A stretch of DNA of 53,861 nucleotides from Candidatus Dadabacteria bacterium (GTDB taxonomy: Bacteria > Desulfobacterota_D > UBA1144 > Nemesobacterales > Nemesobacteraceae), in contig JAPOYE010000097.1 of the NCBI GenBank assembly GCA_026706695.1, positions 1 through 53,861 of the forward strand, read 5' to 3'. This document shows, one piece after another, positions 30,725-39,098 of this stretch (positions are counted from its first letter, which is position 1; each line of letters starts with the position of its first letter). Made by a program: the position numbers and the translations under genes. The notes under the pieces were generated by a model. It had not been told where the DNA came from and made no database searches. It saw nothing but the letters and a program-made list of their open reading frames with translations.

Positions 30725-32452
30725 ATGAAATACAAAAAAACCTTTTTAGTCTTGGCAATGATAGTTGCGGGACTCTTCATAGCTTCCTGTGGAGATGACG
30801 ATGATGATGAGACCCTGACCATACTTTACTGGCAGGCCCCTACTATAGCCAATCCCTATCTTGCCGGCGGGACTAAGGATGTTGATGCTAGCGCTTTGAT
30901 CCTAGAGCCCCTGGCGAACTATGATGAGGAAGGAAGGCTAGTACCTCGACTAGCCGAGGAAATTCCGACCGTGGATAGTGGCGGCGTATCAGAAGATATG
31001 ACCACGATTACCTGGAAGCTTAAAGAAGGAATCCTTTGGTCCGACGGCACTCCCCTAACGGTCGAAGATATTATATTTACCCACAGGTACTTGTGTTCTC
31101 TGCCAGGAACAGAAGATATGTGTGAGCTCGTACCCATAGGGAATGTGGACCCTGTCGAGGATTCCCCGCTTAGCATCAAAATTACCTTCACTGCCCCTGT
31201 AATCTATCCATATGCCCTCTTTGTGGGAGCCTCTTCCCCTATTCTGCAAAAGGCGCAGTTTGCAAACTGCGTCGGTGAGGCAGCTCAGGAATGTGTTACG
31301 GAAAATCTATATCCAGTTGGGACAGGGGCCTATAAAATCACCGATTTCTCAATCAGTGAATCAGATACAGAAACTAACTCAATTCTTACTTATGAAATCA
31401 ACGAACATTTCCGCGTAACCGACCGGCTATTCCCCAAAGTGGTAATAAAAGGTGGCGGGGATGCCGTCACTGCTGCACAGGCCGTCCTGGAAAGGGGTGA
31501 AGCTGACTACGCTTGGAATCTGCAAATAGACCCTCAAACTCTCGGGGCTTTGCAGGAAGTCGGCGAGGGAACAGTTCGACCGGCCTTTGCCTCACTTGTT
31601 GAACAATTGGTAGTAAACTTCTCCAATCCCGACCCAGATCTGGGAAACCGACGCTCCGAGTGGTCAGAAGGCAATAATCCTCATCCCTTCCTGACCGACC
31701 CGGCAGTGCGCAGGGCCTTGTCCTTAGCCATTGACCGCGGACATATCGCCGAGCAACTTTACGGTGCCGCGGGCAGGGCAGCCTGCAACATTATTCCAGC
31801 ACCCCTCCAGTACGTTTCACCGAATAACCAGGACTGCCTGACCCAGGATATCGAGCAAGCAAGAACCCTGCTTGAAGAGGCCGGATGGACACCCGGCGCC
31901 GACGGTATCCGGGAAAAAGACGGAGTCCGCCTGGAAATTCTTTACCAGACCTCTACTAACTCGGTTCGCCAAGGTACTCAGGAACTGATTCAGGGATGGT
32001 GGAGGGATATAGGGGTGGAAGCCGAGTTGAAGAGCATTAACGCAGGTGTTTTCTTTAGCAGTGATCCGGATAACCCCGACAACCTCTGGAGATTTTATGC
32101 CGATGTTGAAATGTATGGCAACGGAACATCATCCATTGATCCGCAGAACTATTTGTCAAACTGGCTAACTACTGAGATTCCCGGCTCCGAAAATGACTGG
32201 TTGGGCGGCAACATATCTCGCTGGTCCAACCAGGAGTACGATGATCTCTATCAGGAACTGACGCGGACCCCTATCGGCCCGGACCGTGAAAACCTGGTCA
32301 TTCGAATGAATGACATGTTGATTCAGAACCATGTAGTGATTCCCTTGGTTGACCGCGCTTTCGTCTCGGCTTTCAGCAACAGCCTAAAAGGAGTACGGGT
32401 AAACGGATGGGACTCCGAACTGTGGAATATCCACGAGTGGTACCGGGAGTAA
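30725..32452 (+). CDS. ABC transporter substrate-binding lipoprotein (family 5, peptide/nickel type)
   Basis: 575 aa. It has the lipobox FIASC followed by GDDDDDE, and its size and blocks are typical of SBP family 5. Confidence 0.8.
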   Translation: MKYKKTFLVLAMIVAGLFIASCGDDDDDETLTILYWQAPTIANPYLAGGTKDVDASALILEPLANYDEEGRLVPRLAEEIPTVDSGGVSEDMTTITWKLKEGILWSDGTPLTVEDIIFTHRYLCSLPGTEDMCELVPIGNVDPVEDSPLSIKITFTAPVIYPYALFVGASSPILQKAQFANCVGEAAQECVTENLYPVGTGAYKITDFSISESDTETNSILTYEINEHFRVTDRLFPKVVIKGGGDAVTAAQAVLERGEADYAWNLQIDPQTLGALQEVGEGTVRPAFASLVEQLVVNFSNPDPDLGNRRSEWSEGNNPHPFLTDPAVRRALSLAIDRGHIAEQLYGAAGRAACNIIPAPLQYVSPNNQDCLTQDIEQARTLLEEAGWTPGADGIREKDGVRLEILYQTSTNSVRQGTQELIQGWWRDIGVEAELKSINAGVFFSSDPDNPDNLWRFYADVEMYGNGTSSIDPQNYLSNWLTTEIPGSENDWLGGNISRWSNQEYDDLYQELTRTPIGPDRENLVIRMNDMLIQNHVVIPLVDRAFVSAFSNSLKGVRVNGWDSELWNIHEWYRE

Positions 32453-32458
32453 CACGAT

Positions 32459-32475
32459 CCGCTGTCACACAGCGG
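32459..32475 (+). terminator. stem-loop after the SBP gene
   Basis: CCGCTGT-CAC-ACAGCGG lies 7 nt after the stop. No T-run follows it. Confidence 0.3.
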
Positions 32476-32699
32476 GCTCGGAATTTAGATTCTACATATA
32501 AACCGGGTTCTCCGCTGCCAATCCCCTGCTATTTTCTGTACCCCGTCGGCAGCCTGCTCTAAGCAATTACCCCTGACGCTACTGTTCCCAGCTAATACCA
32601 TACAGGCTTAAAATTAAATAACGGGTCAAATGGTGTTATAATTTAAATGGGTTGATTTTACAGGGTTTGGGAAACAGGAAAAGGAGAAAAATCATTTAA

Positions 32700-34121
32700 A
32701 TGAGCGGATTCGGTCTTGCGCAGACCCCCAACGTAGCACAGAAGCAAAAGCTCATACTCACCCAGCATCTCAGGCTTTTTCTAAGCCTGGTACAGATGAA
32801 CACGGTTGAGCTCAGGGAGTACCTAGAGGAACAGCTCATAGAAAACCCCGCCTTGGAAGAAGATCCAGATTCATCTCTGGAAACGGAAAAAGAAGATCCG
32901 GGAGAATCTCTTCTAAATGAACTCGGCCCGACGGAAACCGACTATCCGGCACCCGAAGAGTTTTCTGCGGAAATAAGCGAGGAGACCACCTGGGAGAACC
33001 AGATTCCAAATCAGGATTCTTTGTTTGAGCACCTTCACTGGCAGCTGTCAATGACCGATTTTAGCGAGCGGCAAAAGCAGATAGCTTCGCTTATCATCGG
33101 TAACATAAACGAGGATGGATACCTTGATATTGAACTTGAAGAAATAGCAAGGCTGCTTGACGTAGAAGGCTCATCCGAGGCAGGCGGTAACCATGCGGGG
33201 GAGATAATACGGGTAGCAGAGAAGATACGCACCACGTTTGATCCCATCGGAGTCGGTTCCCGCTCCCTCTCCGAGTGTCTCGCCGCACAGGCTCTGGATC
33301 TCGGTTATGAAAGGGAAAGCGCTCTTGTGCGGGTGGTAGAAAACCATATCGACGATCTCGGCAGAAAAGACTACGAGAAGATCTGCGCCGAACTTGACAT
33401 AAACAAGGAAGAGGTACTGGAAATTGAAACCGTAATAACCTCCCTTGAGCCAAAACCCGGACGACCTTATTACATTAAAGATGCGACTAGAAACATCGTT
33501 CCCGACTTCTACGTGTACAAGGTGGGAGATGACTTGCAGATGCAGTCAAATAGGAGTTTTCCGAAACTCAGAATAAGTTCCTACTGCAAAAAGATTCTCT
33601 CCGACCGTGCGAACCTAACGGGAGAAACCACGGACTATCTGCGGGAAAAAATCGAAGTGGCCCAGAGAATCGTCCGCTGCATCGAAGAGCGCGAGACTAC
33701 AATACGCAAAGTTATGGAGAAAATCGTCGATGAGCAAAGGGAGTTTTTCGATCACGGCAGTGCTCACATAAAACCACTAAAGCTAAAGGACGTGGCTGAC
33801 ACCGTGGGCATTCATGAATCAACCGTGAGCCGTATAACAAGCAGAAAATACATACAATGCCCCCAAGGAATCGTAGAACTTAAAAAGCTTTTCTCAAGAG
33901 GAGTCCGCTCATCCAACGGACAAAAGATTTCGCTTGAGAAAATAAAATCAATGATCAGGGAAATAGTTAATGAAGAACCGGCTCAGTGTGCGTTCTCGGA
34001 CGAAGATATATCCAGAATACTTTCTATGAAAAACGTAAAGGTTGCGAGAAGAACGGTTGCAAAATACAGAAAAATACTCGGCATACCCAGTTCATCAAAA
34101 AGACTCTCAAAGGAGGTTTGA
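32700..34121 (+). CDS. rpoN: RNA polymerase sigma-54 factor
   Basis: 473 aa. It has a Gln/Leu-rich region I, an acidic region II, an HTH, and the RpoN box ARRTVAKYR. Confidence 0.95.
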   Translation: MSGFGLAQTPNVAQKQKLILTQHLRLFLSLVQMNTVELREYLEEQLIENPALEEDPDSSLETEKEDPGESLLNELGPTETDYPAPEEFSAEISEETTWENQIPNQDSLFEHLHWQLSMTDFSERQKQIASLIIGNINEDGYLDIELEEIARLLDVEGSSEAGGNHAGEIIRVAEKIRTTFDPIGVGSRSLSECLAAQALDLGYERESALVRVVENHIDDLGRKDYEKICAELDINKEEVLEIETVITSLEPKPGRPYYIKDATRNIVPDFYVYKVGDDLQMQSNRSFPKLRISSYCKKILSDRANLTGETTDYLREKIEVAQRIVRCIEERETTIRKVMEKIVDEQREFFDHGSAHIKPLKLKDVADTVGIHESTVSRITSRKYIQCPQGIVELKKLFSRGVRSSNGQKISLEKIKSMIREIVNEEPAQCAFSDEDISRILSMKNVKVARRTVAKYRKILGIPSSSKRLSKEV

Positions 34122-34124
34122 ACC

Positions 34125-34667
34125 ATGAAAACCGATATCATCACGAAAAACATTCCCGACAAAAGAAGGTCGGAACATTTCAAACGTTACGCGATGAAGA
34201 AGATGCCAAAACTCCAGAGGTACATAGACCCAGATAGACATCCGTCAGAGGCGAAAATAATTCTTTCAGCGGAGAAACTCAGAAACAATGCGGAAATAAC
34301 AATCAGCTCGGGGCCCCTAAAAGCAGCCGCTTCGGTAGAAACGGAGGAAATGCACTCAGCCATAGACAAGCTTTTCGACACGATCATAAAACAACTGCGG
34401 AGAAGAACAGATAAGCAGCTGAGCCTGAGAAGAAGAAACGTCTCGAAGACTCCTTCCGCCGCACGTGTGCAGAGGGCCGAGACGGAAAACAACCTGAGAG
34501 TAGATCACCAGCACCTAAGTCCCAAGCCCATGAGCGTTGGGGAAGCACTGCTGCAGCTTGACGCGTCCGAAGAGGATTTCGTGGCTTTCAGAAACAGCGA
34601 AACGCTTGAAATGAATGTCGTTTACAAAAAAGCCGATTCGAAAAAGGTAGGACTTCTTACACCCTGA
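34125..34667 (+). CDS. hpf: ribosome hibernation promoting factor (long HPF)
   Basis: 180 aa. It has a sigma-54 modulation/S30EA domain plus a C-terminal dimerisation extension, in the conserved position after rpoN. Confidence 0.85.
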   Translation: MKTDIITKNIPDKRRSEHFKRYAMKKMPKLQRYIDPDRHPSEAKIILSAEKLRNNAEITISSGPLKAAASVETEEMHSAIDKLFDTIIKQLRRRTDKQLSLRRRNVSKTPSAARVQRAETENNLRVDHQHLSPKPMSVGEALLQLDASEEDFVAFRNSETLEMNVVYKKADSKKVGLLTP

Positions 34668-34683
34668 ACACGGAAAAAGAAAA

Positions 34684-35106
34684 GTGAAAATCTCTGAATG
34701 CCTGGAGAAGAATTCCGTATTTCCCGAACTCGTTTCGACAACAAAACCGGACGTGCTGCGGGAGCTTTCGGAAAAAGTCGCAGACGCCGTGCCCAGGCTT
34801 AACGTGCAGAGGCTAAGCGAAACCCTAGTTGAACGAGAGGGACTGTGCAGCACAGCGATTGATTCCGGAGTGGCGATTCCACACGTAAAACTCCTCGATA
34901 TTCCGGATATAACCATAGCTTTTGCCAGAAGCGAGACAGGGGTTGACTTCGACTCGCTAGACGGAGAAAAAACCTATCTTTTCGCCGTCTTGATAACTCC
35001 TGAGAACTGTCCCACGGAAACCCGGATAACCCTGCTTGCGCGGATATCCAAGATATTCGGACAAAAATTGCGTCAAAGGGGGCTTCGGATATTTACAACC
35101 TGCTGA
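34684..35106 (+). CDS. ptsN: PTS IIA-Ntr family protein
   Basis: 140 aa with a GTG start. It has the phosphorylatable His context GVAIPH, in the conserved position after hpf. Confidence 0.8.
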   Translation: MKISECLEKNSVFPELVSTTKPDVLRELSEKVADAVPRLNVQRLSETLVEREGLCSTAIDSGVAIPHVKLLDIPDITIAFARSETGVDFDSLDGEKTYLFAVLITPENCPTETRITLLARISKIFGQKLRQRGLRIFTTC

Positions 35107-36045
35107 TTGAAGAAGATGAAAAACTCTGAAAACAGCTACTCTATCTCAGTCGGAGACTTTTACGGAAAATTCGGAGAAAAGCTCGGTCTTGAATCCATTT
35201 CCGGAGAGAACGGGCTTGAAAGACGCATTATTTCACCAAGTGCCAAGAAGCCGGGATTAAGGATGATAGAAAAGAAAATAGAACTCGAGCACGGAAACAT
35301 ACAAGTGCTCGGCAGAACGGAAATCTCCTATATAAACGGGTTTCCCGGCAGAACCCAAAAAAAAATAATATCAAATCTTCTGTCAAACGATATTCCCTGC
35401 TTCATACTCTCAAAGGGAGCTAGCCCAGAAAAATCCTTTATCGAGCATTTTGAGAAAAAAGGGATACCGCTTTTTACAACAACCCTAGGCACGGGGAAAT
35501 TCATAACCATTCTCAATGAACTGCTCGCCGAGGAATTCGCAACCCGTATAACAGTTCACGGAGTGCTTCTTGACGTGCATCATACGGGAGTCCTGATTCT
35601 CGGGAAAAGCGGAATCGGAAAAAGCGAATGCGCAATCGACCTTATAATACAGGGCTCCAAACTTATCGCGGACGACGTGGTCGAAATAAGGAAGATAGGC
35701 TCCCAGACACTCGTCGGAGTGGGTCCCGAGAACATAAGGTACCTTGTGGAAGTAAGGGGAATAGGCATAGTGAACATAAAGGACCTTTTCGGAACCACCT
35801 GCGTTATGGAAAAAAGAGAAATTGACATGGTTATAGAACTTCACCAGTGGAATTCCGAAACGGAATACGATCGCCTTGGCTTGGACACGAAAACTTACTC
35901 CATACTCGACATAGAACTGCCGTACATGGTGCTGCCAGTGAGTCCGGGAAGAAACATGGCGTCCGTAATAGACGTGGCAGTGCGAAACCAGATACTTAAG
36001 GAAACTGGCAAGAAGATCGAGATTCCATCCGGCACTCGAGAATAA
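35107..36045 (+). CDS. hprK: HPr kinase/phosphorylase
   Basis: 312 aa. It has the P-loop GKSGIGKSE and the signature EVRGIGIVN. The start is either TTG 35107 or ATG 35116. Confidence 0.9.
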   Translation: MKKMKNSENSYSISVGDFYGKFGEKLGLESISGENGLERRIISPSAKKPGLRMIEKKIELEHGNIQVLGRTEISYINGFPGRTQKKIISNLLSNDIPCFILSKGASPEKSFIEHFEKKGIPLFTTTLGTGKFITILNELLAEEFATRITVHGVLLDVHHTGVLILGKSGIGKSECAIDLIIQGSKLIADDVVEIRKIGSQTLVGVGPENIRYLVEVRGIGIVNIKDLFGTTCVMEKREIDMVIELHQWNSETEYDRLGLDTKTYSILDIELPYMVLPVSPGRNMASVIDVAVRNQILKETGKKIEIPSGTRE

Positions 36046-36902
36046 TGGAACGGATAATAATACTGAGCGGACTTTCCGGTTCGGGAAAAAGTACGGCGGC
36101 GAAAGCACTTGAAGATCTGGGCTTCTTCTGCGTCGACAACATGCCCCCCGAGCTTCTTTTCTCTTTTATCGACCTTTGCGGGAAATCTCTTACGCAGATA
36201 AAAAAAGCGGTCGCAGTCATTGATATACGGATACCGGTAAAAGATACGCTTTACGATTTCGAAAAAGTGCTGGAAAAGATAAGAGGGTCAGCTGAAAGGG
36301 TCGATCTTGTGTTTCTTGAATGCTCTGAAGAAACAATCGTTAAAAGATACAAGGAGACAAGGAGAATTCATCCGCTTGGAAGCGAGAAGACGCTTGCAGA
36401 AGGAATATCAGAGGAAAAGCAAATCCTGGCAAATATACGAGAGCTCTCGGACAAGCGCATAGACACAAGCACCCTCAGCGTTCACGACCTGAAAGCGATC
36501 ATAGCAAAGATTGCCGGGACAACCGACAAGCAGACCCCTCTGATTACCCTTCTCTCTTTCGGCTACAGGTACGGAATTCCCGAAGACGCAGATCTGGTTT
36601 TCGACGTTCGGTTTCTGAAAAATCCCCACTTCACAGAATCCCTGAGGGATCTTGACGGAACCAGCGGTGAAGTCGTGGACTTTGTCATGTCGGATAAAGC
36701 TTCGCGGGAGTTTCTGGAGAAGCTGTGCTCTTTTCTGCGCTTTTTAATCCCGAAATATTCAGAGGAAGGAAAATCATATCTTACTCTGGGGATAGGCTGC
36801 ACCGGAGGGAAGCACCGCTCCGTAGTCATGGCCGATGCTCTCGGCGAAAGCCTTTCCGAATATTCCGCCATTATTAGACACAGAGACATAAATAAGCTAT
36901 AA
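36045..36902 (+). CDS. rapZ: RNase adapter protein RapZ (YhbJ/YvcJ P-loop NTPase)
   Basis: 285 aa. It has Walker A GLSGSGKS and C-terminal GCTGGKHRSV. Its ATG overlaps the hprK stop by 1 nt. Confidence 0.9.
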   Translation: MERIIILSGLSGSGKSTAAKALEDLGFFCVDNMPPELLFSFIDLCGKSLTQIKKAVAVIDIRIPVKDTLYDFEKVLEKIRGSAERVDLVFLECSEETIVKRYKETRRIHPLGSEKTLAEGISEEKQILANIRELSDKRIDTSTLSVHDLKAIIAKIAGTTDKQTPLITLLSFGYRYGIPEDADLVFDVRFLKNPHFTESLRDLDGTSGEVVDFVMSDKASREFLEKLCSFLRFLIPKYSEEGKSYLTLGIGCTGGKHRSVVMADALGESLSEYSAIIRHRDINKL

Positions 36903-36909
36903 AAATCCT

Positions 36910-37320
36910 ATGTTTTCCATAGTAGTGGTCACGCACGGAGAGCTCGCAAAGGAACTCATATCAGCCGTAAACTTTATTCTTCCTGAGAAACCCAGAGTCA
37001 AGATGACCGCGGTCTCAATAGACGCCTCAAAAGATTCCAAGGATTTTGAAAAAAAGGTAAGGGCCTCAGTCGATACCGTTGACGAGGGAGACGGAATACT
37101 GCTTGTAACGGACATGTTCGGGGGAACTCCTTCCAACATAAGCCTGATGTTTCTTGAGAGCGGCGAAATGGAAGTGATTTCAGGAGTAAACCTTCCAATG
37201 CTTTTAAAACTCGGCACCATTGAGGAAAAAACCACCCTCAAAGAAGCGGTGCAGCTCGCAGCCAAGGCGGGAAGAGACAACATAATAGTGGCGAGTGAAC
37301 TTCTTAGTAAAAACGGTTAG
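36910..37320 (+). CDS. PTS EIIA component, mannose/fructose family
   Basis: 136 aa. It has the N-terminal IVVVTHGELA with the active-site His, and DMFGGTP. Confidence 0.85.
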   Translation: MFSIVVVTHGELAKELISAVNFILPEKPRVKMTAVSIDASKDSKDFEKKVRASVDTVDEGDGILLVTDMFGGTPSNISLMFLESGEMEVISGVNLPMLLKLGTIEEKTTLKEAVQLAAKAGRDNIIVASELLSKNG

Positions 37321-37343
37321 AATACGCCGGAGAGGACACTTAA

Positions 37344-37667
37344 ATGGACGTACACACACTTGACGCCGTAATCGAGATGTACACGAATCATCTTCTTCAG
37401 GGCGACCTTGAGGGGTTTCAGATCGAGATAGCCCCCGAGATAAAGGATGAAATCGCAGCAATAGCCCTTTACCTTGATTCAAAGACCGTCAGGGCTTCCG
37501 GAGAAATAGAAGAGTTCTACGAAGGGTATAAAAGGGCTGCGTTTGACGTGCTTTCCTTCATGGGAGTTGAGTTTTTTGAAGACAGGGAGAACAAACTGAT
37601 CAGGATAATGAAGTCAGACTACGACTCCCAGCTTCAGGAAGAACTTAAAAAGAATATCTGGGGATAG
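37344..37667 (+). CDS. hypothetical acidic protein (no family recognised)
   Basis: 107 aa with an RBS-like GGAGAGG upstream. It sits where HPr/NPr is often encoded but lacks the HPr His15 and Ser46 motifs. Confidence 0.5.
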   Translation: MDVHTLDAVIEMYTNHLLQGDLEGFQIEIAPEIKDEIAAIALYLDSKTVRASGEIEEFYEGYKRAAFDVLSFMGVEFFEDRENKLIRIMKSDYDSQLQEELKKNIWG

Positions 37668-37701
37668 AACAGCCTCCCTCGTAAAATTCCCGGCCCCTGT
37701 T

Positions 37702-38502
37702 ATGGATTTTCAAAATTCGTTTGATCATTTCGTCTTTGACCTAGACGGGGTTATATATTCCGGCGAAAAAGCCATCGGCAACTCCCCCGAGGTGCTAGAG
37801 ACACTAAGAAAGAATAAAAAGGAGATACGCTTTATAACCAACAACCCCTCGCGGTCTCCTTCTGACTATGCCGAAAAACTCAGAGGGCTCGGAATTCGCT
37901 CGCACGATAGCGAGTTCGTAACCTCCCCCATGGCAACCGCTTCTATGATAAGGGAAAAACTTTCATCAGAGAAATGGAAAACGGTCTTCATAGCCGGAAG
38001 CGATTACCTAAAGAACGAGGTCAGGGAAACGGGACTGGTTGAAGTCTCAGGAAATGACTCTCTCGGCGCAGACCTCGTGGTGATAGGAAGTCACCCGGGA
38101 TTTAATCTTGAGGAAATAAAGACCGCTTCCATAGCAATCGGAAACGGCGCAGACTTCATCGGCACAAACGGAGACTTCTTCTACCCTTGCGAACACGGCC
38201 GGGCCCCCGCTACAGGAGCCCTCCTCGCATCGGTGGAAGCTGCATCGGGGAAGAAAGCGGTTACATCTGGAAAACCCGAAAAATACATGTTCGATATTCT
38301 GGAGAAAAGTGGAGTGGCACCCACGAAAAAAACTCTTCTGGTCGGAGACAGTCTCCGAACCGACATTGCCGGAGGGGAAAAAGCGGGGTACAGCACGGCA
38401 CTTGTAATGACCGGAGTTACTAAAAAAACCGATCTTGAGGGCAAGGCAATAAAGCCCGATTTCATCCTTGAAAACGTCTTTTTTCTTTTAAAACCGCTGT
38501 GA
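37702..38502 (+). CDS. HAD-IIA family hydrolase (NagD-like phosphatase)
   Basis: 266 aa. It has FVFDLDGVIY (motif I), ITNNPS, GKP, and VGDSLRTDIAGG. Confidence 0.85.
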   Translation: MDFQNSFDHFVFDLDGVIYSGEKAIGNSPEVLETLRKNKKEIRFITNNPSRSPSDYAEKLRGLGIRSHDSEFVTSPMATASMIREKLSSEKWKTVFIAGSDYLKNEVRETGLVEVSGNDSLGADLVVIGSHPGFNLEEIKTASIAIGNGADFIGTNGDFFYPCEHGRAPATGALLASVEAASGKKAVTSGKPEKYMFDILEKSGVAPTKKTLLVGDSLRTDIAGGEKAGYSTALVMTGVTKKTDLEGKAIKPDFILENVFFLLKPL

Positions 38503-38620
38503 TGGAAAGGTCATGAGTAAAAGTAATTGTGTCACTTAACCGAAACTTAATCTCGGGATGTTGACTTTTGATAACCGGGGTGTAGCTTTTGGTTGAAGAT
38601 TTTTCCCGCCGGAGGTAATC

Positions 38621-38821
38621 ATGCTCAAATTTATCAAAAAAGACGATGAAGACTCTCACTACCCGTTAGACATCTCCGACATGTTTGACGAAGATGATGG
38701 GCTTGAGGATGAATTCGCAGATGAGTTCGACGAACTCTTTGAAGAAATGAATTACCTTTATTACGATGACGATTCCGAGGATATTACAGGGGAAGAGAAA
38801 AGAAAAAGAGTACTTCACTGA
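38621..38821 (+). CDS. hyperacidic small protein, unknown function
   Basis: 66 aa, of which 26 are D/E by my count. It has a basic tail (EEKRKRVLH) and a good RBS (GGAGGT, 5 nt before the ATG). Confidence 0.55.
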   Translation: MLKFIKKDDEDSHYPLDISDMFDEDDGLEDEFADEFDELFEEMNYLYYDDDSEDITGEEKRKRVLH

Positions 38822-39002
38822 GTGAAAGCCGAACCTGCAACGTAAAACTGACTTGCCTCGGCAGGGGGGATCCCTGAACCGGGACCTTAAAATCTGATTC
38901 ACTAAGAACTAATCCACGCTTGGATTTAAGATTTCGCGTGACATTTCCAAACCGGAAATATGGAAGTTGGTCTAAACCTGCTTGTATATTCTCAGCAACC
39001 AT

Positions 39003-39039
39003 CCTTGCAACTACGGTATTAAATACCGCAATTGCAAGG
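39003..39039. other. compound palindromic stem-loop in a convergent intergenic region
   Basis: CCTTGCAA...TTGCAAGG (8 bp) encloses GGTAT-TAA-ATACC. A T5 run lies 12 nt downstream on the plus strand. It is possibly a terminator. Confidence 0.35.
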
Positions 39040-39098
39040 TACAAGTCTCATTTTTAACAAGGAAGAATGAGTCTTAATACACCTTCCCCATTATCTCA

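Noticed and set aside
38851-38862. A 12-nt exact match (ACTTGCCTCGGC) to the core of the CRISPR repeat, far from the array
   Set aside because: The flanks do not match the repeat. A single 12-mer hit from a 36-nt query in about 108 kb of two-strand sequence is close to chance expectation.
38871-38885. A possible att-like partial copy of the tRNA-Leu 3' end (CTGAACCGGGACC versus TCGAACCGGCACG) that would bound an island containing the TonB-dependent receptor
   Set aside because: Only a 7-nt core is shared, which is not distinguishable from chance.
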